Of a stretch of 64,000 nt of DNA, positions 30,087 to 43,848 are shown piece by piece (position 1 is the first letter of the stretch; every line of letters starts with the position of its first letter). The notes beneath the pieces were generated by a model. That model did no database searches. It was not told the DNA's origin and was given only the letters and a program-made list of their open reading frames with translations. The position numbers were made by a program, and so were the translations under genes. This DNA is from Octopus vulgaris (taxonomy: Eukaryota), in assembly GCA_951406725.2 (NCBI GenBank), contig OX597825.1, forward strand, positions 84,630,001 to 84,694,000, written 5' to 3'.

Positions 30087-31006
30087 AAGAAGAAGAAGAA
30101 GAAGAAGAAGAAGAAGAAGAAGAAGAAGAAGAAGAAGAAGAAGAAGAAGAAAAAACTATAAAAAGCTATAAAACAAATGAAATCCAAACTAAAACTAGAA
30201 CAGCAACGGACCATGATAAAGCGATGGCAAGAAAAGCCCCTTCACGGTAAATACTGGACTAAACTAAATGCAAAAGAAATAGACAAAGAAAAATCCCAGC
30301 AATGGTTGAGAACCTCAGGACTTAAAGTAGAGACGGAGGGATTTTTAATTGCAGCACACGACCAAAGCCTCCCCACCAGAAATTACTAAAAACATGTTAT
30401 GAAAAGAAACATAACACGTAACTGCAGAATATGTGGAGATGGACAAGAAACAATAAATCATATTATCTTTGGCTGCCCAGTCCTGGCTACGAAAGAATAT
30501 ATTTACAGACATGACAGAGTTGGAACCTACATACACTTGAAGCTATGCCAACATTATGGAATAACAACAGAAAAAAGATGGTATAAGCACACACCAGAAA
30601 AGGTCACAGAAAGCGAGGAAGCAACCATACTCTGGAATATGCCAATACACACAGATAGAGAAATTAAGGCCAACATGCCAGATATAGTTGTCAGAGATCA
30701 TAAAGAAAAAAATGCTTTCTAATTGATGTATCAATACCAGCAGATGACAACGTGTCTCTAAATGAAATGGAAGCGCATTAGGTAGGATAAAAAATATTCA
30801 GACAAATACATAACAAAAACACCAGGACTTACAAACACATACAACATACAGAAAATTGCACTACTAGGCACTGCACACATCCTACGCAAAGCACTTTCAA
30901 TACAGTAACCATCAGAGCACCATAACAAATCACGACACATACCCAAGGCACACAGAGCTGCGCTCGGTAGTGAAGTAAAAGCACGCTATAAAAATAAAAC
31001 TACTGA
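29884..31006 (+). mobile_element. second R4/Dong-type LINE family, 5'-truncated and decayed
   Basis: KPLHGKY...ETEGFLIAAHDQSLPTRNY*...CRICGDGQETINHIIFGC...RHD...ANMPDIVV...QKIALLGTAHILRKAL; premature stop, frameshift, deletion near 30772, (GAA)n expansion at 29950-30150, (AAT)n tail. Confidence 0.92.
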
Positions 31007-31018
31007 ATAATAATAATG

Positions 31019-31052
<34 letters not shown>

Positions 31053-31093
31053 TAATAATAATAATAATAACAATAATAATAATAATGATGATG

Positions 31094-31139
<46 letters not shown>

Positions 31140-31162
31140 TGATGATGATAATAATAATGATG

Positions 31163-31223
<61 letters not shown>

Positions 31224-31304
31224 TAACAAAAATAATAACAACAACAACAACAACAAAAACAAGACCAACAACTATAAGAAGAAGAAAGAGAAGAGGAAGG
31301 AGAA

Positions 31305-31336
<32 letters not shown>

Positions 31337-31349
31337 AGAGGAAGAAGAG

Positions 31350-31381
<32 letters not shown>

Positions 31382-31439
31382 ACATTTTCCATATTTTTCC
31401 AATGAACACCGAAGATGGAATGAGTCAGGAAAGCAGAGC

Positions 31440-31700
31440 GTGCGCGGAGAGCATCTTGAAATCTAAGAATGTGAAGACATGTCTAGTATTAATTGATGTG
31501 ACCATCCCACACGGGAAGACAACAATGTTTCGATGAAAGTAAATATTTGAAAAGTCTCACAAGTGAAAGTAAGCGCCATCCTAATGTCTATTAATGTAAT
31601 TTCGGTTTTAATGTAAGACACAAATATTGATCTTCATGCTGGGAAATCCCTGGCAATCGTAATCTCTTTGACATTCAACATGTCTCAAATATAGTTACAT
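31440..31700 (+). mobile_element. highly decayed RLE LINE remnant
   Basis: LKSKNVKTCLVLIDVTIP then EDNNVSMK in a shifted frame. Confidence 0.45.
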
Positions 31701-31879
31701 ATATATATATATATATAAATCTCTCATATTCAACATAGTGTGTTTGCGTACGTGTTTGAATAATGTGTGTGTCCCTGCGTGTGTCCACTTCTCCAGTGAA
31801 ACTAGTTGTGGTTTGACATCTGGAAATCCTGAAATCCCCTGCAGAAGCGGACGTAATTTCATTAAATCACGGACACCAG

Positions 31880-32210
31880 AGTGACTGTGAGTTAAGAAGC
31901 TTGATTTTCAACCAAATGTTTGCGGGTTCAGTTCCACTTCATAGCTACTTGCATAAGTGTCTTCTCTAACCTCGAGTCGACTAAAACTGTTTGAATTGAT
32001 TTGGTAGATGTAAACTATAAATATATCTATATATGCCTGTATATGTGTATTTATGTGTGTGGATGTCTATGTGTCTGTGTCTGCACCACTTCACAACTGG
32101 AGTTGGTGTGTTCCCGTCCCTGTAACTTAACGGTTCAGCCAAAAAAAGGGCAGTGCTCCAGCATGGCTGGAGTCTGATGACTGAAACCAGAAAGATAAAA
32201 CAAAAAAGAT
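31880..32210 (+). mobile_element. family B SINE, decayed
   Basis: gggttcagttccact...gatttggtagatgtaaact...gtgctccagcatggc. Confidence 0.7.
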
Positions 32211-33329
32211 AACATGCTGCATAATATTTGATAAACCTACTCTGTTTGATATTAATTAGACAACGCTAACCATAAATATGTTTTATATTCATTGATGTTC
32301 AGATTTGAATCCTCGTACGATCTCTTCTAAGGATTTCGGTGCCGTCATCAATAGAATTTCTGTAGCGTTATCAATGATAAGTGAGAGAATTACAACTTTT
32401 GGGTCTCATCTAGAAAGGATTCCATATTCTTACTCATGGCCAGTGCTATACCTTCAAGCTATATAACGTAGCGATACTGTCGTGTCTCTTGAGACATTTT
32501 TAACATCTTTATACACTACGACAACGAATATTGGACCCAACTTTGGGAGGTTTATTAGACCCCAGTTCCTTGAGAAATAGATTCCAACTTGAAATAACTA
32601 TCAGGTGAAATACGTAGACCGCTACTCAATATCACTTCCTCGACAATGATAAAGTTCCCTCTGTTGTGGACACCATCATGTTTTATTTGTCATATCTCGT
32701 GTACATCGATCGATACTAATTTTACAGTTGATGTTCATGTCTTCTCGTCACCTTATCCATATTCATTCTTTGCAGAACATTTGCTCTTCGTCGCATGGAA
32801 TACTGCTTCCAATTATACAAATGATGGAGCGCGAGAAAATCCAACGATGTTACACCGAGATTATCTCAGTGCAACATTCCTGCAACTGGGAGAGGTAAGA
32901 AAATCATATACTGTAGCGTTAACAAAAAACAAGATGTCCTCATCTTGAGGACAAATATCTGTCAAATGTAAATAATGTAGTAAAATCCCGTGTATTTAAT
33001 TGTATAATCTGAAATACTGAAGTTTCTATTGAGTTTATGAAAGACTTCTTTCTATGAACAAACATATAAAGAAGTCTTTCATAAACTGAACAGAAACTAC
33101 ACAGTTGTTGGTTTGGCGAATGACAGAAATGGATATTACGGCCTTCATTTGTGATTGTTGATGCGATGCTAGTTCACCTCGGGTTCTAGGTAAATGTTTG
33201 TTTAATTCTTTTCTTGTTTACATCCTTAATTACGTGATTGAGGGGAATATTGAATAGCCAGAAAATGTTAGTCATGGAATTATTTTCTAAAAATTTTGGT
33301 TGTTTTTTCTGAAGTAATAAAAATAATAA

Positions 33330-34000
33330 ACAAAGGACATTGTTTCATTTCAAAATGACCGACTTCTTTCTTCGGGAACAATTCTTTAACAGAATGGCAA
33401 GGAATCCTATCTCCAACAATATTTAGTAGTCAATGACTAATATTCTCTCCACCTCTTATAACCTTACGAAGAACTATTGTTGAACATGTACATTTTTTAT
33501 GATACGGTGTACCTTCCCTTATCAGCGAGATGAAATCTGTTACCAATCGAGCCTAGGCAAGGTTGTGGGATTTCATTACGAAGTTGAAATTTCGATTCAT
33601 CATTTCAAAGAACTTTCTGAAACCAGTTTGAATTATAATCACCATACTTGGTCAAAATGTAGAAACTGTTGTTTATGCTTTTTTCTCGGTTAGCAGAAAT
33701 TTTATAGAATAACTTTGAGAAGAAAACTGAGCAAATTCTAAACTTGTAAAGTTTCTTCTAGAAATTGTGTTGTTTGTAGCAGTTTTAAACCATCGTAACA
33801 ATAGCTGCAGGCTTTTTTTTTTACTTGTCAGACGTATGAATCGTCACTGTTTTCTGTCATTTGGAGACCTATTCTCTTTATGTTAGTCAGAAAAATTGGA
33901 TATTTCTCTTTCTTTTTTCAGTCGCATGTGGATTTTAGAATTTCTTGTGCCTGCTTCACGAAGGAAAGTAATTTGATTTTTAATCTCCACACCAGCATGG
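33330..34000 (-). mobile_element. decayed Tc1-like transposase
   Basis: Minus-strand pieces NQITFLREAG (N-terminal), LLTEKK...FQKVL*NDESKFQL (W..VLWSDESKF motif, ~33576-33624) and SVKELFP...IL..NN (QQDNA region); many stops and frameshifts. Confidence 0.6.
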
Positions 34001-34709
34001 AATTTCTTTTTCTATGAAGTTACATCCAACACAAAGAGAGAAGCATGACTTCATTTAGTTAACCACATCGTAATTAGAGCTATTTACACAGATCTTTTGA
34101 TTTTAAACTTTGAATCAATGTTCTTGTACACTTCGATTTAAAATCAAGCTAAAAGTACACTTGTTGACATTTAAAAACATAGTTTACAAACTTCTTTTTA
34201 TAAAGAGCAATTCCAACCAATTCTATCGTGTATTTTCTATAAATGAAATTTTTTCAACATTTCTCTATGACGTGAGATATTGCCCCTTAAGGATAAAAAA
34301 TGAAAAATCAAGAAATTTACTGAGTTTAGTTTCCCTTCATAAAATTCTAAATGCAACTTTGTGAAGGATTTAAAAAAAAATTCAAAGTACCGATAAAAAC
34401 CCTATGGATAAATTTGTGCAGTGTTTGGACAAATAACATTTTATAATTATATTAAGTTACGTTTCAAATTCACATAAAATATGCTTGCTTCATGTGATGC
34501 TGAGAAGTGAATATGTACGTGTGTGTGTACATAGACGGGTGTACACACACACACACACATATATATACGTATATATATATACGTATCTGTAAATGTAATA
34601 TGTGACAATTATCCGGTAGCCATGATAAAACTCCGTGTTTCGGATGCGGGGGTGGAAATCCACGCCACCATCTCTTCAATTATCCGGCCATACGTTTATA
34701 TATATATAT

Positions 34710-34790
34710 ATAGGTAGAGTTTACGAAAAAAACAAAAGACGAAGACACGTGGTGTATAACACAAACAGATGTATTAGTATAACGCTCATA
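34710..34790 (-). mobile_element. fragment of PLE-like terminal repeat family P2
   Basis: Reverse-complement match to 57252-57332. Confidence 0.7.
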
Positions 34791-34810
34791 TATATATATA
34801 TATATATATA

Positions 34811-34845
<35 letters not shown>

Positions 34846-34871
34846 CAGTTCTATGCGTCGATAATACCTTA

Positions 34872-35065
34872 AGCCCTCTGCTTGCTTGAGCATGCTGGTA
34901 GAGCACGGATGGGCCTTTCTCTTCTTTGACCACTCACCAGTCTTCAAGTATACGCCCGTCTATGTTGCGTGCAGTCACCCCAATGTATATAGTTTTCATT
35001 TTTCTGCACCGTCCCTCAGTACATCGTAAGCTATACACTATATTCATGCTTCTTCTACTTACACT
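34872..35065 (-). mobile_element. Penelope-like element GIY-YIG endonuclease fragment
   Basis: From 35047: MNIVYSLRCTEGRCRKMKTIYIGVTARNIDGRILEDW*VVKEEKGPSVLYQHAQ, matching the NIVY...C...C...YIG.T.R....R..EH...S....H pattern. Confidence 0.8.
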
Positions 35066-35440
35066 TTAGATCCATCATGGCGTTTAATGTGGCTTTTTAA
35101 ACCAGACAATGTATTGAAAAGACAACCACATGGATTGCATATCTGATTTGGACGTCCAAGAGCTGCAGTTAAATCATGATCTGTGTGGATCTGAAAATAC
35201 CCTTTGAGCCTTTTGTTAGATTTGCAGACTTATGACATACACAGCATATGTAACTACTTGGACTTTGGTTGTATGTCGATTAGTATGTCGACGAGAGCAC
35301 ATTCACCCTTTGGGCTACATGTTGTCATGAACGATAATGTTATAATTTTCACCGGATCTACGTAAGGAAATCCGCACATTTTGCTAAGTTCACAGTTGAT
35401 AACGGAAACGGAAGGTGGATTTAATACGAAACTTTATTCA

Positions 35441-35545
35441 ACACAACAATTGTTTCGATCCATCCTGAAGCTGTCCTCTGGGTGTAGAATATCGTGCATG
35501 TGGTTGCGTTGCGTCAATCAGTGCAGGATGTGTCACTTCAAGTGC
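35441..35545 (-). ncRNA. hammerhead-like motif with long stem II, decayed core
   Basis: GCAC-TTGAAGT-gacaCATCCTG...CAGGATGgatc-GAAA-CAATTG-TT-GTGT, followed by AATAAA. Confidence 0.55.
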
Positions 35546-35734
35546 TCGGTGTAGGAAAAAATATCCTAGTGGACATACTGTTATTTCCCTGGCTAGTTAT
35601 ACATTAGTACGTTGACAAAGCATAGGATAAGTTTGATGTTGTATCGCCGGTACAACTCCAGATGCGCAAGATCCTATTCCCTTGGGACAGATGCAGGTTG
35701 GGTCGAAACCATGTGTGTATATATGTATATGTGG

Positions 35735-35806
<72 letters not shown>

Positions 35807-36010
35807 ACATACATATACGTGTATATTTAATTATGTTACTATGTATGTACACATGTGTGTGCATGCAGGTATGTGGGTGGCTATGTAGAATTTTGTCAAT
35901 GACCAAAACGTCGTTTAATTTAAGTATATGAATGAATTCTACATAGTATCGTGTATTGAATATTTCCTCCCAATTTATTTTCGAAAGTGTAGCATTTGTA
36001 ACAACACACA

Positions 36011-36057
<47 letters not shown>

Positions 36058-36977
36058 ACGCACACACACACTCACTCACACACGCACACACACACACACT
36101 CACACACGCACACGCACACACACTCACACACGCGCACACACACACACTCACACACACACACATACACGCACGCTTGAATATTGGCTGTAAATATCAATCA
36201 ACTGCTGAAGACCACTCTCGACCCTCCTCGGTATATCATTCTATGCGTCCACGGTGATTTACGGACCAACTGCGAACGTTGATCATAAACCTTTTTCCCA
36301 ACGGACCTCGAGAAATATCGAACAAACTGTTTCCTAATTATTTCCGTTTAGAATCTTCTCTCTTAATCCAATATCTCTTTGAATTTAGGAGTATCAAGTG
36401 ATTTACCAATTGTTGGAGAGATGCTAAATATTAGTTTCTTTATTAATATCGAATTTTATTCCATTCTTTTAATCACTTTTATTGTTATCACAAAACTATG
36501 TTTTATTCGGATTCTGTTGTTTTATATAAATTCTTTTATTGCCATTTCCTTCACGTCTTTTATTCGTTGTGTTATTGACAATTCATATACAGTATCTTAA
36601 ATTTGCATGTATCTATAAAGAGATTTGGTGGCATTAATACCATGGCACTTGTAAATCTTTACTTAGACCTTGCTTTGGACTTCCTTAGATAGAATTTCTG
36701 TAAAGGATATATATATATATATTACTACGGCACTCTGTCGGTTACGACTACGAGGGTTCCTGTTGATCCAGGTTCACCTGTAGCGTGGGGTTGACTAATG
36801 TTTTGCAAATGGATTTGGTCGAATGAAACTGAAAGACACCGGTCGTATGATTGTGTTTGTGTGGGTCTTTGTATCTGAGTACTTCCCACCTACCAGCGCT
36901 TGACAACAATTGTTGGCATGTTTACCTCCCCCCCCCAGATATATGCGGTAAGCATATATATTTATATACTATATATG

Positions 36978-37275
36978 ATACTCCGTCGTTAACGACGACG
37001 AGGGTCCCAGCTGATCCGATCAACGGAACAGCCTGCTCGTGAAATTAACGTCCAAATGGCTGAGCATACCACAGACACGAATACTCTTAACGTAGTTCTC
37101 AGGGTGTTTCAGCGTGACACAGAGTGTGACAAGGCCGCCACTTTTAAATACAAGTACGACTCATTTTTGCCAGATAAAAGGACTGGAGCAACATGAAGTA
37201 AACCGTGTTGCTCAAGGAATTGAACTCACGACTTTACGATCATGAGCCTAATGCCCTAACCTCTAAGCCACACAA
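36978..37275 (-). mobile_element. tRNA-derived SINE with the family C tail but a different head and body
   Basis: Tail matches 5130-5225; head reads gtgtggcttagaggttagggcatt...gtgagttcaattcc. Confidence 0.75.
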
Positions 37276-37495
37276 CTTCACACACATATATGTGTGTGTG
37301 TGTGTATTTATATAGCTGTATGTATATATAAACATGTATGTCTGTGTGTATTTACGTGTATGTATGTATATGATCTCATTGCACTATCAGCCCCTCTAGA
37401 TTGACAGGGTGGAGACACTCCCAAATTAGTTTCTTAAATATCAGTAACTGTGATTAGAAATTTAATTTTCTCTCCTCAAGGTACGCTTATTTATT

Positions 37496-37602
37496 TGGTA
37501 GCCTGATGAGTTGGGAGTTATGCAACAAGTAGCATAATCTAATCAATTGCTTTATGTTTATGTCACAATAAAACTCCTAATGAAACAACTGTAGCAATAC
37601 CA
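37496..37602 (+). ncRNA. type-I hammerhead ribozyme motif with 10-bp stem II and 52-nt loop
   Basis: TGGTAGC-CTGATGA-GTTGGGAGTT..AACTCCTAAT-GAAA-CAACTG-TA-GCaaTACCA; all core nucleotides present. Confidence 0.75.
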
Positions 37603-38545
37603 GATAATCCATTCATCTGTTTCACACGCATACACAGACACTCACACACACATACACACACACACAGATACATGCACATGTATGCTCATACACATGTATA
37701 GTTGAGCGTTGATCGATGGAAAACTAACGGTTAAAAGCTCGTAAATACATATCGAGAATAATTTGGAAACTAATATTGTATTAATGCACCTCGACATGTT
37801 CTTTAATGCCTATGCAATATTTTCCAATACCAAATGATTTTGGAAATAGGAATGAAATATGATGTAATATCTCAAGAACAATATGCATATGACCGTTGTT
37901 CGTTTGGATCCAATTTCCAGAACACCATCGCCATCTTCACCATCACGCTCCTCCCGCTTTCTCTCTCTTTACACCTCTCATGCGTATCTTATTAACTATT
38001 CCTATCGAATTTAGATTTCCTGAGAGAGAGAGAGAGAGAGTAAAAGAACGACGAAATACAGAGACAGATGTGGAAGGGAAACAAGTTTGACGTCACTCAA
38101 ACTTACCATCGCCATTTTCACGATCACTCACCAAAGTCTCTCTCTCTCTCCCTCTCTCTTGTTCTCTCTCTTTCTGTGTCTCTCATTGTAACTTCTCTAT
38201 ATTCCGCGATGTTGAAGCCAGAGCATTCTGACATTGCTATTCCATTTCAACTTTTTGTCTCTTTACATCTCTTTTGATGACAAACATTTGGTTTGAGGGA
38301 TATTTGTTGGTTATGTCACAATAAAAGAGGGCAAAAGTCTTCCCTGTGAGAGGAGAAATAATAAACATAAACGTCATTGAGATGGTGGTTACCATTTGTA
38401 GGGTTTGAGTAGATGCCACATATATATATATATATTTCGTGACCGACCAGGCTATCAGTTGTTGCTACACATCGCTGGTCACAATGCACTTCGCATTGTT
38501 TTAACCTTCAAATAACACCACCCCGTTGGCTAAGCGAACAGGCCA

Positions 38546-38598
<53 letters not shown>

Positions 38599-39200
38599 TA
38601 GATAGATAGATAGATAGACAGACAGATAGATATGTATATACACACATATACACATATATACACATATATACACATAGTTATGGCATATTTTGTTAGAAAC
38701 ATAGTAGAATACAATATAAAGTTCGTCCACCTTCAGATTTACCCTGGGCTATCCTGTAGTAGTATTATATGTAATTCCAGCTTTGCGTTTGGGCATCTGT
38801 CATGTGTGAATAGACAATTAAAAAAATGGAGTCAGTATGGAGGGGTATGGTTGGACAATTATTTATTAATCACTACAATTATTTCCACGTAGCGTAGATT
38901 TCCGAGAGTGTAGGTACTTGATTATACAACTGTTTCCCTGCATTATGCGATCTAGTTGTGTTTCCTCAAGCGATATGTAAATATTGCCTGAGTAAGTTTG
39001 AAGTCTTCAGCCTCAAGAACATCCTCCTCCGTGTGTCGTGGTCTGCATTTAGTAATAGTTACTCAGGGTATGTTGGTGCTGAAGGGCCGTTGGCAAAATA
39101 CTTTGAATGTGTAGATGACATAGGATGGTGATTCTGCTACTGTTAAAGTGGTTGCTGCTTTAATAATATATTCATACCGTTTCTATGAAAATATCTACAA

Positions 39201-39268
<68 letters not shown>

Positions 39269-39874
39269 ATGTATATGTGACTCTCTATATATCTATTTAT
39301 CCATACATCCATCCTTCTATCTATCTATCTATCTATATATCTATCTATCTATATATCTATCTATCTATCTATCTATCTATTTATTTATCTAATATATTTG
39401 TATACACATAGGTGCATACATACGTCCATACATAAATGCATACATACATATATACATACACACACAAAAACATACACACACATATATATATATTCATATG
39501 TATACACACATATATATATAAGATCATATGTCTGTCAATATGTGTTTAGATGATTATAACTATGACGGCGATCTGTGCTGCAACGTGTGTGTGTGTGTGT
39601 TTGGGAGTGGATACGGAAGTAATATTAGCCGAGTGAGAGTATGTGAGTTCAACTGGGGAAAGTTTATTTACTTTTTTCTTTCCAGGTGATCGATTTCTGC
39701 TGATCATAAATATAGACGATAACATTACCATGCAAAATCAGGTTACAGGCAAACACATGCACTCATTCACACTCACACACAGAGTAACACACACAAATAC
39801 ATGACATACAAAATCATACATATACACGTAGATTAACTTATATATAGGGATACGTATGTATGTATGTATGTATG

Positions 39875-39922
<48 letters not shown>

Positions 39923-39961
39923 TATGTAAATATGTTTATATATATATATATATATATATAT

Positions 39962-40121
39962 TCTCTTATTCTTTTACTTGTACGTACTCTATCGGGTTAC
40001 TTTACTGGACCGCTAAATTATAGGGACGTAAACACAGCAGCATCGGTTGCCAAGCGCTGGTGGTGAGGTGCAAAAATAGACAGAAAAATACACACACACA
40101 CACACACACATACATATATAT

Positions 40122-40156
<35 letters not shown>

Positions 40157-40335
40157 TATATATGCACACATGAAGGCTTTCTTCGAGTTTCTTTCAAGCA
40201 AATCGACTCATAATTATTTGGTCAGAGCGTGGCTATATTAGAAGACACATGTCCCAGGTGTCACAAAGAGGGACTGAACTCTGAACCATATGGTTGTGAC
40301 GCAAGCTTCTTACCACACAGCAACGCTTGCGCTTA
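39962..40335 (-). mobile_element. family B SINE with internal deletion
   Basis: Reverse match to 17683-18070. Confidence 0.75.
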
Positions 40336-40608
40336 TTTCATATGTATATATATATATGCATATTCATATACATATACATATATATGTATGTGTATATAGA
40401 TATATATATAAGCATGTATATGTATATATATATATAAGAGACAAGTTAAAATAATGGTCGTTGCATATAATTCCTTTATTATAGCAAATTTGGCTTACAG
40501 CTGTTTCCCGTTGCTCTTTATATGGTTATGGTCAAACAACTGACAAACAAATATGTGGTATTGAGCAGAATATTTGCTGGAGCCCATCTTTTATACCAAA
40601 ACGAAACA

Positions 40609-40686
<78 letters not shown>

Positions 40687-40695
40687 TATTATTAC

Positions 40696-40791
<96 letters not shown>

Positions 40792-40804
40792 CGTTATCAT
40801 TATT

Positions 40805-41378
40805 GAGTGAGAGAGCAACGCATGCCATCAAAGTGACACTGGGGTAAAATATATGATGCCCATTATACCCATCATGACTACCCGTCTGATAAGGTACACC
40901 AGGCACATGCATCACAACCATATGTGCGACACACGGTGATCTCTTATCAAGTTAAACAGTGCATGAACTTGTAAGTGGGGCCCAGTTAGAATTTTCTAGC
41001 CCTTCCAACGCAAATAATCCCTGAAAAATGATTGTTTATGTATGTTGAACGAAACACCTGAATAAGATCTGTTTAAGGATGTTGAAAGAAACACCCGTGT
41101 TTCCAAATGTCAATTTGCCAAATCTCTAAGAATTCCTTTCAACACACGGCTATGATGCTCCCCCACTACTTCTGCTCGTGATCAGAGATGTACATATCGT
41201 CAGCCACAAAAGGGCATGCTCAACTTGTTATGGTCAAACAACTGACAAGCAAATCTGTGATATTGAGCGGAATATTTGCTGTAGCCCATCCTTTATACCA
41301 AGACAAAACAACGTACATGATAACACTTTCAGTGAGTTAAGATCAGAAGCCATGAGGCCCGGGTACTGCCTCAGGACA
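40805..41378 (-). mobile_element. family D repeat
   Basis: Reverse complement of 41645-42178; tail is the (TTA)n at 40611-40804. Confidence 0.85.
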
Positions 41379-41576
41379 AAATTTATTATTATCATTATTA
41401 TTGTTACTATTATTATATCATCACTACACCACCATTATCATTATCATTATCATCGTCGTCATTATCATCATTATCATTATCATCATTATCATTATCATCA
41501 TTATCATTATCATCACTATCATTATCATCGTCGTCGTCATCATCATCATCTTCATCATCATCATCATATCAATAGC

Positions 41577-41610
<34 letters not shown>

Positions 41611-41644
41611 TAATAATAATAATAATAATAATGATAGTAATAAA

Positions 41645-42178
41645 TGCCCTGATGCAGTACCAGGCAGTGGCTTTCATGGTTTCTGATCTTAACTGATTGG
41701 AAGTGTTATCATATATAATGTTTTGTCTTGCTATAAAAGATGGGCTACAGCAAATATTCTGCTGAATACCACAGATTTGCGTGTCAGTTGTTTGACCTTA
41801 ACCAGTTAAGCATGTCCCTTGGTGGCTAACGATATGTGCATCTCTGATTACGAGCAGAAGTTGTGGAGGTGCATCATAGCCATGTGTTGAGAGGAATTAT
41901 TTGGGGTTTGAATTATTCACCTCAGGGAACATGGGCGTTTCGTTCAACATACAAAAACAACCTTTATTCAGGGACCTTTTGAGCGGGATTAGTTACATGA
42001 CCAGAAGAAAATTCTAACTGGTCCCCACCTACAAGGTCATGCGCTGTTTATCTTGATATGAGATCACCGTGTCGCGCATATATGGTTGTGATGGATGTGC
42101 CTGGTGTACACCTATCAGATTGGTAGTCATGATGGGTATACTGGGATTCGTATATTTTACTCTGATCTCTCACTCAGT
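41645..42178 (+). mobile_element. family D repeat
   Basis: Colinear inverted copy of 40805-41378. Confidence 0.85.
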
Positions 42179-42371
42179 GATAATGATGATGATGATTATG
42201 GTGATGCTGAAAGTTTTTATATTTCTGTAGATGATATTTTTTACATAATATTCCAATACCACAAAGCTGAGTGAAGTAGAGTTTCTGGTATTTGAAGACA
42301 ACTGATAAAGGGTTAACTTTCAGGGTATTTGAGCATCTTATGTATAACCCAGAGCTATCTTTGAACCCTCG

Positions 42372-42492
<121 letters not shown>

Positions 42493-42505
42493 ATATATAT
42501 ATATT

Positions 42506-42593
<88 letters not shown>

Positions 42594-43420
42594 TTTGATT
42601 TTGATTTTTCCAGTTTCAGTTAATGAGCTGTGGCCATGCTGGGGCACCGCCATTTATATATATATATATACAGGTGCACATACGCAAATACACACATACA
42701 CACGCATTTATATTGCGTGTAGGGGTGAATGTCAGTAAAAACATTTTACACATATTGTGTACAGAGTAACATAAAATAAGCGGCCATACTATAGAATAAA
42801 ATAGAATGAAATATCTCATAACATAACATTATATGATATAATATATGATATGATATAATAGGGGTGTCTCTGTGTGTTCGTGTGTGTGTGTGTGTATAAA
42901 TGATAAAAAGTGTGTGATTTCCATAAATTATTGAATTCATTGTCTGTTTGATATTGATTTATGTTACTTCTGTTCACACTCAAACGCCAAAAAATATTCA
43001 AACACACATACACACACATACACAGACACACACAGGCACACGCACACACTCATACATGCACAATCAGACATATACACACAGCTGTATATGCACTCATCCG
43101 TATGATGACATCGTGTCAATATGGGAAGATAAAAATAAACAAAATTTATTATGAAAAAAAAAAACGGCAAAGAAAACCAGCTTTTGTTGGACTTGGGTCA
43201 ATTTCTGAGGCTAAGTTTCTCCTGTATTCATGTACTGCACGTAGAGAACTGATGGCATTTCATCATTCATATCTATATCAGTGTGAATATGGTGTGTGTG
43301 TGTGTGTGTGAGGGGGGTTGTATATGCGCTTATACAATATATATATGAAATCATTTGTATATAAATTATATATATATATATGTGTGTATATATATATGTA
43401 ATAGATGTATATAGTCAAAC

Positions 43421-43451
<31 letters not shown>

Positions 43452-43462
43452 TGTTATATATG

Positions 43463-43494
<32 letters not shown>

Positions 43495-43654
43495 TATATA
43501 GATATGTATATATTTATACATGTATGCATATATACATATACGCATATATAAAACACATACACGCTTATATATGTATATATATATATTCACATTTAGTTTC
43601 ATACATATATTTGTATATATATATACGTGTGTGTGCGTCTGTGTGCGTGTATGA

Positions 43655-43710
<56 letters not shown>

Positions 43711-43753
43711 ATATATATATATACATATATGTATATATATACACACATATATG

Positions 43754-43787
<34 letters not shown>

Positions 43788-43807
43788 CACAGATATGTAT
43801 ATACATA

Positions 43808-43848
<41 letters not shown>

